64,000 nucleotides of DNA, from positions 3,410,001 to 3,474,000 of the forward strand of contig JBHGNT010000008.1 in NCBI GenBank assembly GCA_043228905.1, read 5' to 3'. This stretch comes from Azolla caroliniana (Eukaryota; Plantae; Polypodiophyta). A model generated the notes under the pieces. That model was not told the DNA's origin, did no database searches, and saw only the letters and a list, made by a program, of their open reading frames with translations. The position numbers were made by a program, and so were the translations under genes. Shown here in pieces: positions 48,802 through 61,100 of the stretch. Numbering within the stretch: position 1 is the first letter of the stretch; every line of letters begins with the position of its first letter.

Positions 48802-50314
48802 ATGGCCAGCCATGGCGATGCCACCGCAGGTGGTCGCACTGCAAGGAACGAAGAAAATGATGAAGAAAAGGTTGAATCTTTTCCTAGCACTTTCGAGGGA
48901 TGGATTCGCAGCGTGGACCGCTTGTTGGAGGCACATCCAGCCTTCATCTCTGCTTTCCGATCCGCTTTCATCAGGTTCCAAAACCCTAAAACATCCACTA
49001 TTCCTCCTGAATCCCTCCTTCCTGCCTTGCATCTTCTCTTCCAGGTAATATGATGTTAATTCACCTCAAACATGATTCCTTCTTTCTGTTCCATTCATTC
49101 ATTTGCTTCAGTCTTGCATCGTGCCTTCAAATATAGGGATATGTGTTATTGCTTTCTGTGAAGTGTAATGAAGTCATGATTCCATCTCCTTTTGGTAGAC
49201 ACTTCAAATTGTAAATTGTTGCAACTTTCTTTGTATCTTTACGTAGGCAACTGTACTGAATGTAGTTTGCCTTTATATCATGGATGATATCTCTTCATTT
49301 GGCATGCTTATGTATCTTTATGTTCTAACTCGCTATATTTTGGATGTAAAGAGACCTATATTGTCTCACAATATCCTTGCTTTTAAGTTTTTGCAACGTG
49401 ATTATTTTTTACAAAGAAAACTGTGAATCTTTATACCTTATGGCTTGCAATGTGTCATATATTTCAACCCCCCATTTGATATTATTCTTTAGGAATTGTT
49501 TCATCTGCGCGGTGTGATAGTGTTCCTACAAAACATCTATTATTTGGCGTACATAGTCCATGCCATTTCATTGCAATAGAATGTGAAGCTTTAAAGGTTT
49601 ACAATGTGAAGCTTCTACAGCCGAAAAAATAGTGAATTTTATATATGTTTTACTAAAGTTATCTGTTATGTAGTCTTCATGAATAGCAGATAAGGAAATT
49701 TTGGAAATATATATAGATGCTGTATGCTTTTGCAAGCCATTTTATCACTAGAATCACATTTAAAAGGATCCATACCATACAATCTTTTTCCCTTTATATT
49801 TCAGGAACTTTAAAACTTATTTTTTGTATTGTTACTGTTTAGACGAGTTGTGCCATGCAGATGTGGTATGTTTTAGTTTAATGGTCATGCTTTGGTATGT
49901 CTTTTATTGCATAGGCAGAAGTGATCTATCTCACACTGATTTGTAGACTCACTTTATTTGATGTAGAGAGCGTCGGAGGAGCTGGATCCAAGGGCAAACA
50001 AGTTATTCTTGAGGCCAGTAACAAGAGAGGATCTGGATATTCTAGCACAAGAAAACGATGACCTTGACATTGACAAACCTACTGATATTGAAACCTTTGC
50101 TATCATTGCAAAGAAGCTATTGAAACACATCCTAGTGCATCGGGGTAAAAGACTAGGATTCTTTGTTGTTGGGGGCATTGTGGCAGTTTATGTGGTTAAA
50201 GGTGTGGTGAGGAAGCTTCCTTTTCTTGGTCCTGCTGCTGGCATATTTCTTGGTTTGTTGCCATCTATAATAGTTGGTCCTGTTGTTGGTATTACCGCGG
50301 CTTTGTACACTTAG
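48802..50314 (+). CDS. Uncharacterised 196-aa protein with C-terminal hydrophobic segments (possibly a degenerate EF-hand membrane-protein family); exons 48802-49044 and 49967-50314
   Basis: Donor CAG|GTAATA and acceptor ATGTAG| join two ORFs in phase 0 (MASHGD...LHLLFQ|RASEELD...ITAALYT). The C-terminus is GFFVVGGIVAVYVVKGVVRKLPFLGPAAGIFLGLLPSIIVGPVVG. Confidence 0.7.
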
Positions 50315-51624
50315 CTTAATCAACCACTTGGATGACAAGATAGCATTCACGAAAGAAGAAACTATTGTACAGATTATTGTTGACAATATATGAAGATGCT
50401 GGGGAATTTTCATCTAATGGTCATGTCTTCAAGATTTATTATTTTGGCTTGCTACTGTCTGGAGCATTACAAAATTGTGTGCAAAGCAAAAATGTTGAAA
50501 AAAGGCTCAATTTTCAGGAATGTATGATTCTCTTGTGATTCCTGAATGTGTATAGATGCTTCCATGCTAATGTTTGCTATACATGAAGTTGGTAAAGGCT
50601 TTCTAAAAGGTCATATCAGACAGTTCAAAGATTATCTATGTTTTCAGTGATATTCTACAATGTGTGCCGAGGAAGGTTTTATGAGATGCTCAAATATGAT
50701 TTTCTACAATGTGTGCTAATAAAGTTTTTTAAAGAAGAATTGATAATACAGGAGTGCATGGGTTGGGTCTCTTGTGATTGTTTCTATATATGTGTATGTG
50801 TTGCTTTTGACATATATACTTACATACAATATTGCCTTATTTAGGCTGTCCGGAAGAATTTCATTCTTTAGTAAAAAAATGGTGAAGAATGTCATTCTTT
50901 AATTAAAAAAAACCATCTTCCACAAACTGTGATCAAAGAAAAGATAAAATAGATTCTGGATATGAACATTCTACACTGAAAGATTGACAAAGCATTCTTC
51001 TATTCAACCCTTTTAATAGGCTTTTATGCTCTAATGTTTTGAATCTTGATAGCACCCAAGGGGAATCTCTGTTCTTATTTGTTCCTATTTGTTCTCATCT
51101 TTTGGGGCAGAGGAAAGTAATTTGGTAAGAAATATTTTCTTGGGAGCAAATTGATAAATGCACATGCATGATTGCAACCTTAAAAAAGATGAAGAATTGA
51201 TGTCTCAAACAATGAACCCATTATCCAACTTGGAACATGTGATTGTCAGTTTACAATTGTGATGAGGTCTGTGTAATCTTTAATATACGTTGAAGTTGAA
51301 GGTTCTTTTCAGTAAGATAAGCTCCCAAACCTGTAGGTAAGAGAAATGCTAATTTGATCGAATCTATGTATGTATGAAGACAACACTTTCACGTCTATGT
51401 TTCCAGCATGCAGTGCTTCATGATTGTTTTTATTACCTCTCGCTGTCTTTCCCTGGAACGGCAGTGTAACCAATGGAAATGTTGTGAAGAAGATCGAATG
51501 TCAAGCCTTGGAAGGATAGAACGTGCATGACAAGCATATTCTATTGGGTCATAAGAAACAAGGACAGCTCTTTCCCACTTGATTATGATACCAATCTCCC
51601 AGAGAAACGCAAAACCCTCAGGCT

Positions 51625-54535
51625 ATGGCTGTTCCCCTTCGACCCCTTGGAACTCAAGGACTCCAGGTTTTTATCCTCTCCTTTTTCTTCTTCTTCCTCT
51701 CCTTCTTTCTCTTGCATTCTAGACATCTAAATGGAGAATGAGGAAAGTGACATCTAGGAGAGTAGAGGGAGGAGAGTAGAGGGAGGAGAGAGAGGGAGAA
51801 TGAAGAGATTAACATCTAGGGGAGGGAGAGGGGGAGAGATTAACATCGATGGAAGCAAGAGAAATTAACATCTACTAGAGGCCGAAATCAGTGTATGAGA
51901 CAAATCATGATTACAAATACCAATACTAGAACAAAACTAAAAGCTTTTGGTTTCTAAAGGATCATCAAATCCATGATAATCATCTTAATGCATGGGGTAG
52001 AATGATTCTTGAGATTGGTCAAAGCATGATGTGCATAACTAGTATGTCTGGGATGAATTGTGGTAAGGAGAAATGGTATCTTAGTTTACTTGGCATAGTG
52101 GAATGAGGCTATGACGAACTTCATCAAATGCATCTGGGCGTCCTAGGGTGGATAGGACACGGTGAGCAATAATCTCAATGATCTGGTGCAGACAGGAATT
52201 GGCCTATTACACTATGGAGCACATGAGATAAATGTGTATCGATACAAGGGGCCTGATGAATCGTAACCAATTCATTGCATTCCTCATCAATTATCTTCCA
52301 AAGGCCAAAGTGACCTATGAGACCATAAGTTACACCACGTGAAACTATAGGCATTTGTGACCTATGGAGAGTGCATAATGATATAAGAAAACCTGATCTT
52401 AAATCTGTCCTATGACATCTGGAAAAGTTAGGGAGTTTCTTTTCCATTCATGGAGTAATAGAAAATGATGAGAAAGCACCCCAAATTTATAGACGGGAAT
52501 CAATAAAAAATTTATTCATAAATTTCTATATCTTGAAACTCGTACACTGGCATTGAGTTGTGAACTTCGGTCTGGGTATATGTCCTTGATAGATTAATTG
52601 CATACTTTGGCAATCATGTTGCTTATTTTGGGTTGCTTAGGTTTCTGCGTTTGTCTATGGATGTATGGCGCTATCATTTGGCTATCAGCCATTGACATCT
52701 GAAGAGCAAAGCATCGAACTCATAAAGCATGCCTATGATCAAGGAATCACCTTCTTTGACACTTCTGATGCGTATGGACCATTTACAAATGAAGTGTTAG
52801 TTGGAAAGGTAGAAGAGGAATCTGAAAGAAACATATCCTTAAGTTTACATACAAGAACATTTATGTAGTTATACACTGAAGAATGATTTTCATTTCTCAT
52901 TTGTGATTCAACAAGGCTCTCAAATTTCTACCCCGAGAGAAAATTCAGCTTGCAACAAAGTTTGGCTGTGTGCATGAGAATGGAGGAGGTGTGGTGAAAG
53001 GAGGGAAGGGTTATGTACGGAAGGCTTGTGAAGATAGCCTGAATAGGTTGGATGTTGATTATATTGATCTTTATTATCAACATCGTATTGATGCTTCTGT
53101 TCCAATAGAAGAGACGGTATGTGTCATATCAATGGAAGAAAAGTTGGTCCCTTTTTCTGAAATAGAAGCATCTAACTTGCGAAATTTTTTACATCTTAAT
53201 AGGAACCTAAGTAACCTATTGGCTTTATAGAAATGAAGAAAAATCTTCAGTTTAAATTATAACAAACTTAAGGTATTTATATCAAAAGGCATTTGTTTGT
53301 TTTTGTCAATGTATACTTAGCCGCCTGGACCTCCTGAGAGTGCTGGTTTCAAATCCCTGATACTCATGTCTATGACTTAGTTGTTTAGTCTTTTGTATTT
53401 GTTGCAAGAACAACACATGTATCTCTTATTTTCATAATGGTTTGTTTGCTTGTACTTTTCTAGAACTAAATAATTGTGCAATATGTTCTTGGTTGTGATG
53501 AATGCATGGAATGTTTTGGCTTGAGATTTAAGCAGGAGTAGATACTGGTAGAATGCCACATTTCTCATCTAATGTTTCTAAATATCATAGAGTCATCCAC
53601 TTTTGTGCTATTTAGCTCACATTTGTTCTTATAAAGAGTTATTATCTCTCATTCTTATAACATTGATTTTCTTTGTCGAAAAGGGTGAATCATCTAATAG
53701 AATTCTCTTCCATCCACAGCTCATACAAATGGGAGCTTTTCTGTCTTTGCAACTGTCAAAACCAAAATTTCAACGACCTTTCTGATGGTTTATTTGGAAA
53801 TTCAGGTTTCTGAAATGAAAAAGTTAGTGGAAGAAGGAAAAGTAAAGTACATCGGTCTATCTGAGGCAAGCCCTGGTACTATTCAGAGAGCTCATGCAGT
53901 TCATCCTATCAGTGCTGTACAGATAGAATGGTCCTTGTGGACAAGGGATGTTGAAGATGCAATCATACCATTGTGCACCTCTTCACCAAGGAGATGATGT
54001 AGTACCTATTCCTGGTAAGCAAAATGCATAGCATGTTGGTGCAAAGAAATATTTCGACAATGTGGTAGTAATGGCCCACGGGTTAATGTGTCTATCAAGG
54101 ATTATATTACTGTTTTAGGAAGACCAGCACTTGATTTTTGAAAATGATCATGGTATCCTTCTTGGACTTTAAAACGTAGTGGAATTCCTCTTGACCCTGA
54201 AACATTTTCTATGAAATAATCATTTCCTGTGTATACTTGTAAATTTTGAACATCTAGGGGAATTCTGGTAACTATTCAAATAGTTAAGCATCTATAGGTA
54301 CTATTGTTGTCAAGAAGCGCACGCATGACATTTGAAATCCTAAAAACCAAAATTTTCAGGCACATCGAAGATCAAGAATTTCGATGAAAATCTTGGTGCT
54401 CTTAAAGTTGAACTCTCTCGGGAAGATGTGGAGGAGATTGCTGATGCTGTGCCTATAGATGAAGTTCCTGGATTGAGATACCCTGATTATCATTATAAAC
54501 AGATATTCAAGTTTGCAGATACCCCACCAGTGTAA
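51625..54535 (+). pseudogene. Aldo-keto reductase, plant AKR13 type (perakine reductase/ATB2-like), with internal deletion and frameshift
   Basis: Exons 51625-51666, 52641-52808, 52916-53116, 53806-54014 (fused) and 54360-54535. Catalytic residues are intact (DTSDAY, ATKFG, YQHR). At ~53977 IIPLC is joined out of frame to [12 protein letters not shown], giving a TGA at 53995-53997. Confidence 0.88.
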
Positions 54536-54764
54536 GCTATGTTAAGGACTTTGGGGGTGTTGTAAAAGCAGTTATTTATAGTTTTTCTTGTATTTCTCAG
54601 CTGATTATGATATGTCATGAGTCCAAATATTAGGAAAGGAACATATAAAAATAGTTAATATTATGGTATGCCTATTTGGAAAACAGTAGGCCACATATTG
54701 GTACTGGAAAATGATTGCAGGCATCGACTGATACCAGAGAATTATAAAATGGGCATTTATGAGG

Positions 54765-55768
54765 CTGTATGATCACTCAATGAAGTGCACGTGTCTAATA
54801 ATATTTTGTATGAATCCTACATCTTCCAATGATGATTGCGGTATGAGTTTTCTTTAAGACTCTTAATCCAAATCTAGTCTACGACCATCCGTTGATCAAT
54901 TTGTTTGATATGTAATTACGTGTTCTGTTATGGAGACGGGCGTTGCTACAATTTGTGTACACAATTCCACTCCATTATGTTGCCATTCTTAAGCATACCA
55001 AGTGTATGTTTGGATTGGATACCCATCGTACAAACACTATTAGAATTTATTGCATACTCGCACTACTGCTCGAATGAACAATCGAATATCTCTGAAAGGC
55101 ATGATGGAAGTCTTACCTTTAACTAGGAAAAATAGAGTATTCATTATGTTAATAATTTCTTTTGCTGGATTAATCTATATCCCTCCTATTATAAACTTGA
55201 AGGTCACATGATATTTGGAGTCCTTGGGTGAGATTATTCTACTCATTGGAGTTGAAGTTCATCATTGTCACTAGAATTCAAGTAGAAGAAATGCATTATG
55301 ATTGCTATAGCCTATGGATAAATTTTGGACATACATTGTGCTCATGAATCATCAAGCAACCACCTTGTATCTTGTAAGATTTTTCAAGAATGGAGCTACT
55401 AATGACCATTCCTTAGCTATGAATCAAATGCACAAAAAAACAATATATGTGTATGTTCATTAAATTCTATATTATGTTTGTCGTGGAAATCACAATATTT
55501 GATTTCATTAGAATGCAAAAAAACTTGTTTTTAAATTTATGAATTGGATCAAGGGCTCAATTGGTTTCCTTAATGTAGTAACAAAAGTGGAGTGAGATGT
55601 AAAGGATTTGAAAAAATTTAAAGATATTATGGTTGATGAGCACTAGTTTAGTGACGAGTTAAAGAGGGAAATGAGGATGCATTAGTCGATTGGTAAATTA
55701 AAGTACTTTAGAAGTGAGGTGAATGTTGTGTGTGTGAAGAATGGGGAGAATGAGATGCCATCACAAGT
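54765..55768. repeat. Old dispersed repeat, copy 2 (homologous to 43275-44305), interrupted by an L1 tail
   Basis: Same colinear blocks as copy 1. Similarity stops at the T-run at 55768. Confidence 0.7.
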
Positions 55769-56183
55769 TTTTTTTTCCAAAAAAAAACTCCTTCCATTAG
55801 GTATAAAATTTACAGATGAGAATGTTATATATAAATGCCAATAGGGATGAGATAATTCCATCTTTTGTGGAGGCCCACTGACTCAAGAAAGGGAGAGGAC
55901 AACCATTGTTGGATGAAGTCTAATCGTTGTCTTTCGACTTCATCAGATCCACCCGTGAAGCCATCGTATTGGCTCTTTAGAGTGACAACAACATCACTCC
56001 ATATCTCCTGCAATAACATTGCTTGATGCACGGTTTGATTGAAAAGGACCTGTCTACATCGTTGTTTTCAGAGAATCCAAAGAGTTATTGGGCTGACCAA
56101 TTCCAACATAACTTGAGCTTTGGCATTAATAGGCATTGAGTGGATATTGTCGATGGTGGAAAACATTAATATAGGCACAACCG
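55768..56183 (-). mobile_element. L1-type LINE 3' fragment
   Basis: The minus frame reads ELVSPITLWIL*KQRCRQVLFNQTVHQAMLLQEIW (plant L1 ORF2 end, LWxxWKxR-like). Homologous to 41008-41370. The frame stays open from the single stop up to the Copia LTR at 56184. Confidence 0.8.
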
Positions 56184-58194
56184 TGTAAGTCCTATATTAA
56201 ATGAACATGGGAGTGGAGGATCTATAACGTATCCCACACAAATACAAAATCCTATTTAAGGCTTAAGGTCAACACACTAACAAGATTCTATCTAGGTAAC
56301 TACTAAGTTACGTGTGTTGACTAACTAATTAAATCTAGTTGAGCTTGATATCTCAACAAGCTCTAACCTAACGTTGTAACAAATACGATCAATCTTGTAT
56401 CTTGAGTCTCGGAGTACAAAGTTAGAGAATAACGAGAGCTTCCATTAGAGCTTGAACTGTGTCTACGTTTCCATCATTTCTTCTGTCATACTCTCTCTGT
56501 TGTTTGCAATACACATAACCGATAGGTCCTCACATTCTTCCGTGCATATCTGCCCACAAGTGGTATCAGAGTGACTTGTTGTTCAATGGCAACAAAAACA
56601 ACAAAGACAGTTGAAAGAAAAGATTGGGTCAATAAAATCTCACTTTCGAAAGAAGAACATGGCTTCATCATCCGAAAACAGGAGTTGAAATCTGAAAGTT
56701 AGATGGCAAAAACTTTACCTCATGAAAGGAGATAATGCAGGATGTGTTGATCATCAGAAGACAGGTCGAAGCCATTTGACACAGTGAGAAACTTGCTTCG
56801 ATGACAGCCGAAGAGTGGAAATCCATAGACAAAATCGCGCGCTCCACCATCCGAATGCATTTGGTAAAAAATGTCTACTTCAACATGGCCAAGGAGACGA
56901 CATCATTCTCATTATGGGAGAAGTTGCACGCTGTGTACGAAAAGAAGTCCCGATCTTCGAAATTGATACTGATCAAACAACTGCTCAACATGAAGATAAG
57001 AGAAACCAATCCAATCACTTCCAACATCAACACCTTCAGCCGAGTGTTGTTTGAACTCTCCTCCCAAAGGATTAACTTCGAAGAAGAAGTTAAAGCCCTT
57101 GCCCTCTTATCGAGCTTGCCGACGAGTTGGGAGGTATTCTACACGACATTTGCCAATAGCCGACCAAATCTAAATCTAGAGGAAACAAGCGGCCAAGTCT
57201 CACAGAGGACATTCAATGAAAATCGATGGAACTCACCATTGACGAGTCGGTAGAAGCCCACCACTCGACCGAGTCGATCGAGCGATTTAGTTGATCGAGG
57301 GAACAAGCCGACAGAACCGGTCAGTCAATCCAGAAGGGGTCATGAACATAGCCGAAAAGACCGACCCAAACCTATGGCATGGCCGACTCAGCCATATGTC
57401 TCAAGCAGACTTGATAGGCTAATGACGGTCGGCTACATTCCGAAGCTCCATGCAAAGACAAACTTTTGCGAGCATGTCGATACGGGAAATAGACCCGAAG
57501 TCCGCACTCTCTCCATTACGAGATGGTACGACAACCCCTAGAGCTGATCCATACAGATATATGTGGGCCGATGCCCGAGAGATCACTAGGCGGCTCTCGA
57601 TACTTCATCACATTCGTTGATGATTGTACTTGGAAGCTCTAGGCCTACTCGATTAGGCCCAAAGAAAAAGCGCTCGAGATCTTCACTCGATGGCTAGTTG
57701 AAGTGGAGCATCGGTTAGGACACAGGGTGAAGACACTTCGACCCGATAACAGAGGAGAATACACCTCCTGAGCCTTCAAGCAGTACCCGTTCGACAAAAG
57801 GATCTGGCATCAAAAGACCATTCCATACACACCCATGCAAAATGGAGTGGCTGAACGAATCAACCAAACGATCCAGGAGAGGGTGATAGCAATGCTCCAA
57901 CAAGTCAGAATAAAGCTAGAGTTCTAGGTTGACGCATTGCAAATGACAGTTTAGTTGATAAATCTATCGTCGTCGAAAGCAATCAGGCTCGAAGTGCCAT
58001 AGGCACTATGGTTAGGCAAACAACCGACCTAAGATAGAATTCGTACATTCAGATATTCATCCCCAGGGAGAAAAGGACCAAATACCCCATGCAACCAAAT
58101 GCATATTTCTCAGTTATGGAAACGATGGGGAATTCGGCTACAAACTATGGGACCTAAACAACCGGAAATTGATCCGGAGCAGTGATGTAGTCTT
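56184..58194 (+). mobile_element. Decayed Ty1/Copia element A: 5' LTR (~56184-56558), PBS, gag, integrase; interrupted by element B
   Basis: The LTR runs TGT...ACA and is followed by TGGTATCAGAG (tRNA-iMet PBS) at 56561. Gag reads EEWKSIDKIARSTIRMHL..LLSSLPTSW. Integrase reads LIHTDICGP, YFITFVDD, PYTPMQNGVAERIN and GYKLWD..SSDVVF. Many stops; the protease region is missing; the LTR start is approximate. Confidence 0.85.
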
Positions 58195-61100
58195 TGTAGA
58201 AACAAATAGCATGCGGAAGCAATAGAAAACAGAAGACAGAAAACAAGTTTAATGGAGAGCTTAACAGTACGCGGGAGAGACAGAGAGAGAGCACACAGAA
58301 ACTCAATTAAAAAAATACTACTCAATCTGTACATCGTATGTGTTCAGTGAACACTTTTATACAAGTCCATCCGGACTGACAGAAGTACGGCTCACATGAG
58401 CGTATGACACTAACTACGAGATATTAACTCCTTAGTAGACTGGCTTCTACTTGGCTTCCAGTTCCTGCTTGATCCAACTAACCGGCTCCCCAACTCACCG
58501 GCTCACTTGCTCACCGGCTCACTGATCCGGCTCATCCTTTTGGATGCCGATCCGAATCTGGTTGAGCTTGCCGCTCAACACTCCCCCTCAAGCTCAATTT
58601 GAGGTCGGATCGTAGTGTCAGTCCCTATGGCAGTCGGTCCTTCCACCTGGCTCCTTCTGGTGTCACTCCGCCTCGCTCGCGCTCCTCGTTCGGTCCGGTC
58701 CCGTTTGCCGCGACCCTTCTGTTTCTGCGCATCACGACCTCCTTGGTCGGCTTGTCTGTTCAACAGGCCCAAATTAGCTCCCTCGCTGTTGTGACTTCAA
58801 CGCTTGTCGACCTGCCGATTCCTTCGTGTTGGCGTCGACTTTTGCTGCCATCTCGTCCTCTTGGCCTTGAATTGATCCGGTTCTTCCGAATCCTTCTGTA
58901 GAACTGAATCAACTGTCTTGTCTCTGATTCGTTCTAGCTCTTGTTCGAATCGGTTGCTCCCGATTCGTCTTCCCGTTCCAGGCCCTTCACCACATTGGAC
59001 CATGTCCGGGTCTTGGCCTTCTTCTTCCGATCGGCTCTGTCCTTCTTGACTCTGCCTCCGCTGTCGCTTGTTCCGACTTGTTCGGATGTGTCAACTTCCT
59101 TTGTCGACTCGGCTCCTTTCTTCTTCCTTTCTCTTTACTTGTCGGTTCTTCCCCCACCGGCGCAATCGGCAGTCTCTTTGCCTTTGCCCGTTCCGGTGGT
59201 CCCCTTGCCCATTCTCCCCCTCAAGTGTGGCACGTTGAGATGCTGAACACCAAGCATTTCGGTGAAGTGTTGCAACTTGTCCGATCCGAGCGGTTTGGTG
59301 AAGATGTCGGCAACTTGCCGATCTATATGAACATACCGAAGTTCGACTTCACCGCTCAGGACACGCTCACGCACAAAGTGATAGTGCACTTCTATGTGCT
59401 TTGTGCGAGCATGGAGTACGGGGTTCTTGGCGAACTGCATGCTGCTCATATTGTCGCAGTAGATCAGGATCGGGGTCAACACCTCGATCCGTAGGTCTTG
59501 CAGTAGTCGCCGAAGTCTAATGGCTTCATAGGTGGCGACGGTAGCACCTCGATACTCAACCTCAGTGCTCGACAGAGCCACTGTTGGCTGCTTCTTGCCG
59601 CTCCACGCAACAACCGCGCTACCGAGGGAAAACATGTAACCGGAAGTTGATCTGCGATCTGACGCATCGCCGGCCCAGTCGGCATCCTTGTAACCGACTA
59701 GCTCTTCGGTTATACCTCGCCAATATAACAGTCCCCGGTCCTTCGTGCTGCTCACATATCACAAAATTCGATGTGCGCACAGAAGGTGCTCCACGGTTGG
59801 CTTTTGCATATATTGGTTGATCACGCCGACCGGATAACTGATGTCAGGTCGGGTGATTGTTAGATATATAAGGCTTCCGACGATTTGTCGGAACCATTTA
59901 TCATCGTAGGCCGGTTCGGAGTTGGGACAGAGCTTCACTAAAAAATTAATTAATTAATTAATTTAAAAATAAATAAATTTAATTCACTAAAAAAAAGAAC
60001 AATTATTCATTAATAAATTATAAAAATATGATTAGTATAAACTCTCCTTTCTAGTGTCAAATATAAAAAGAGGAGAGTTTATGAACCTTTATTTTATTTA
60101 AATAATTGATTATTTTATTTAAAAAAAACGAATATTTTTATATTTACTATGAAAACATGATTAATGTGAAGTCTCAATTTTAATGTCAGGTAAAAATATC
60201 CATAAATTTTGGGAAAAGAAAAGGTGAAGAATTAATGAACCTTTATTTTATTTTATTTATTTATTAAAAATAAAACAAAAATTTAATTTAATTAATTAAT
60301 TAATTTAGTAAAGAATCAAGATCTCCAATGAAAATTTATTGCTGTCAAGTCTCTCTCAACTCTCTATTTTATTATCCCCTTTTTATTGTCAAGCCCCCCT
60401 TTTTTTCCTAAGAAACTAAAAGGAGGGAGTTCATCTCCTTTTTTTTCCTTTTAAAAAAAAAAGAATACTTGACCACACGAATGTATGCGTATTCGTTTGC
60501 ATTCGAATGGAAAATCCCACGAATGCGAATATGTCAATCTATGTTTAACACATAGTGTCTTTGTGAGAGCAATATGCCGTCGGGGGTTCGGATCACCTCG
60601 ATCCCAAGGAAATAGTGAAGGTTCCCTAGGTCCATCTCAAATGCGTCCGACAGTCGGGACTTGACTCGGTTGATTTCATCGAGTCCAGGTTCGGTGATGA
60701 CTAGATCATCAACATACAGCAAGATGCAAACCAAACCGTCCGGACCTAAAAACGAAGAACGAAGAGTCGGACTTGGAGGCCGCAAACCCCAACTTACACA
60801 ACTGGTGCGTAATCTTCGCATTCCAAACTCGGGGGGCTTGCATCAGGCCATAAAGTGACTTCTTCAGCCGGCATACAGCCGACTTGTTCATCTCCGACTG
60901 AAAACCGGGAGGTTGGGTCATAAAGACCTCTTCTTCTAGACCGCCTTGAAGAAATGCATTCTTCACGTCCATCTGGTGAAGATGCCACTCCCTTGCCGCA
61001 GCAACCACCATCACCACACGAACCGTCATCATCTTCACTACTGGAGCGAAGGTCTCATCATAGTCGATTCCGTGGGTCTGCGCGTATCCCTTCACCACTA

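Noticed and set aside
58599-59246. env-like gene in Copia B
   Set aside because: No sense-strand ORF with a signal peptide or transmembrane segment; the segment is short and fragmented.
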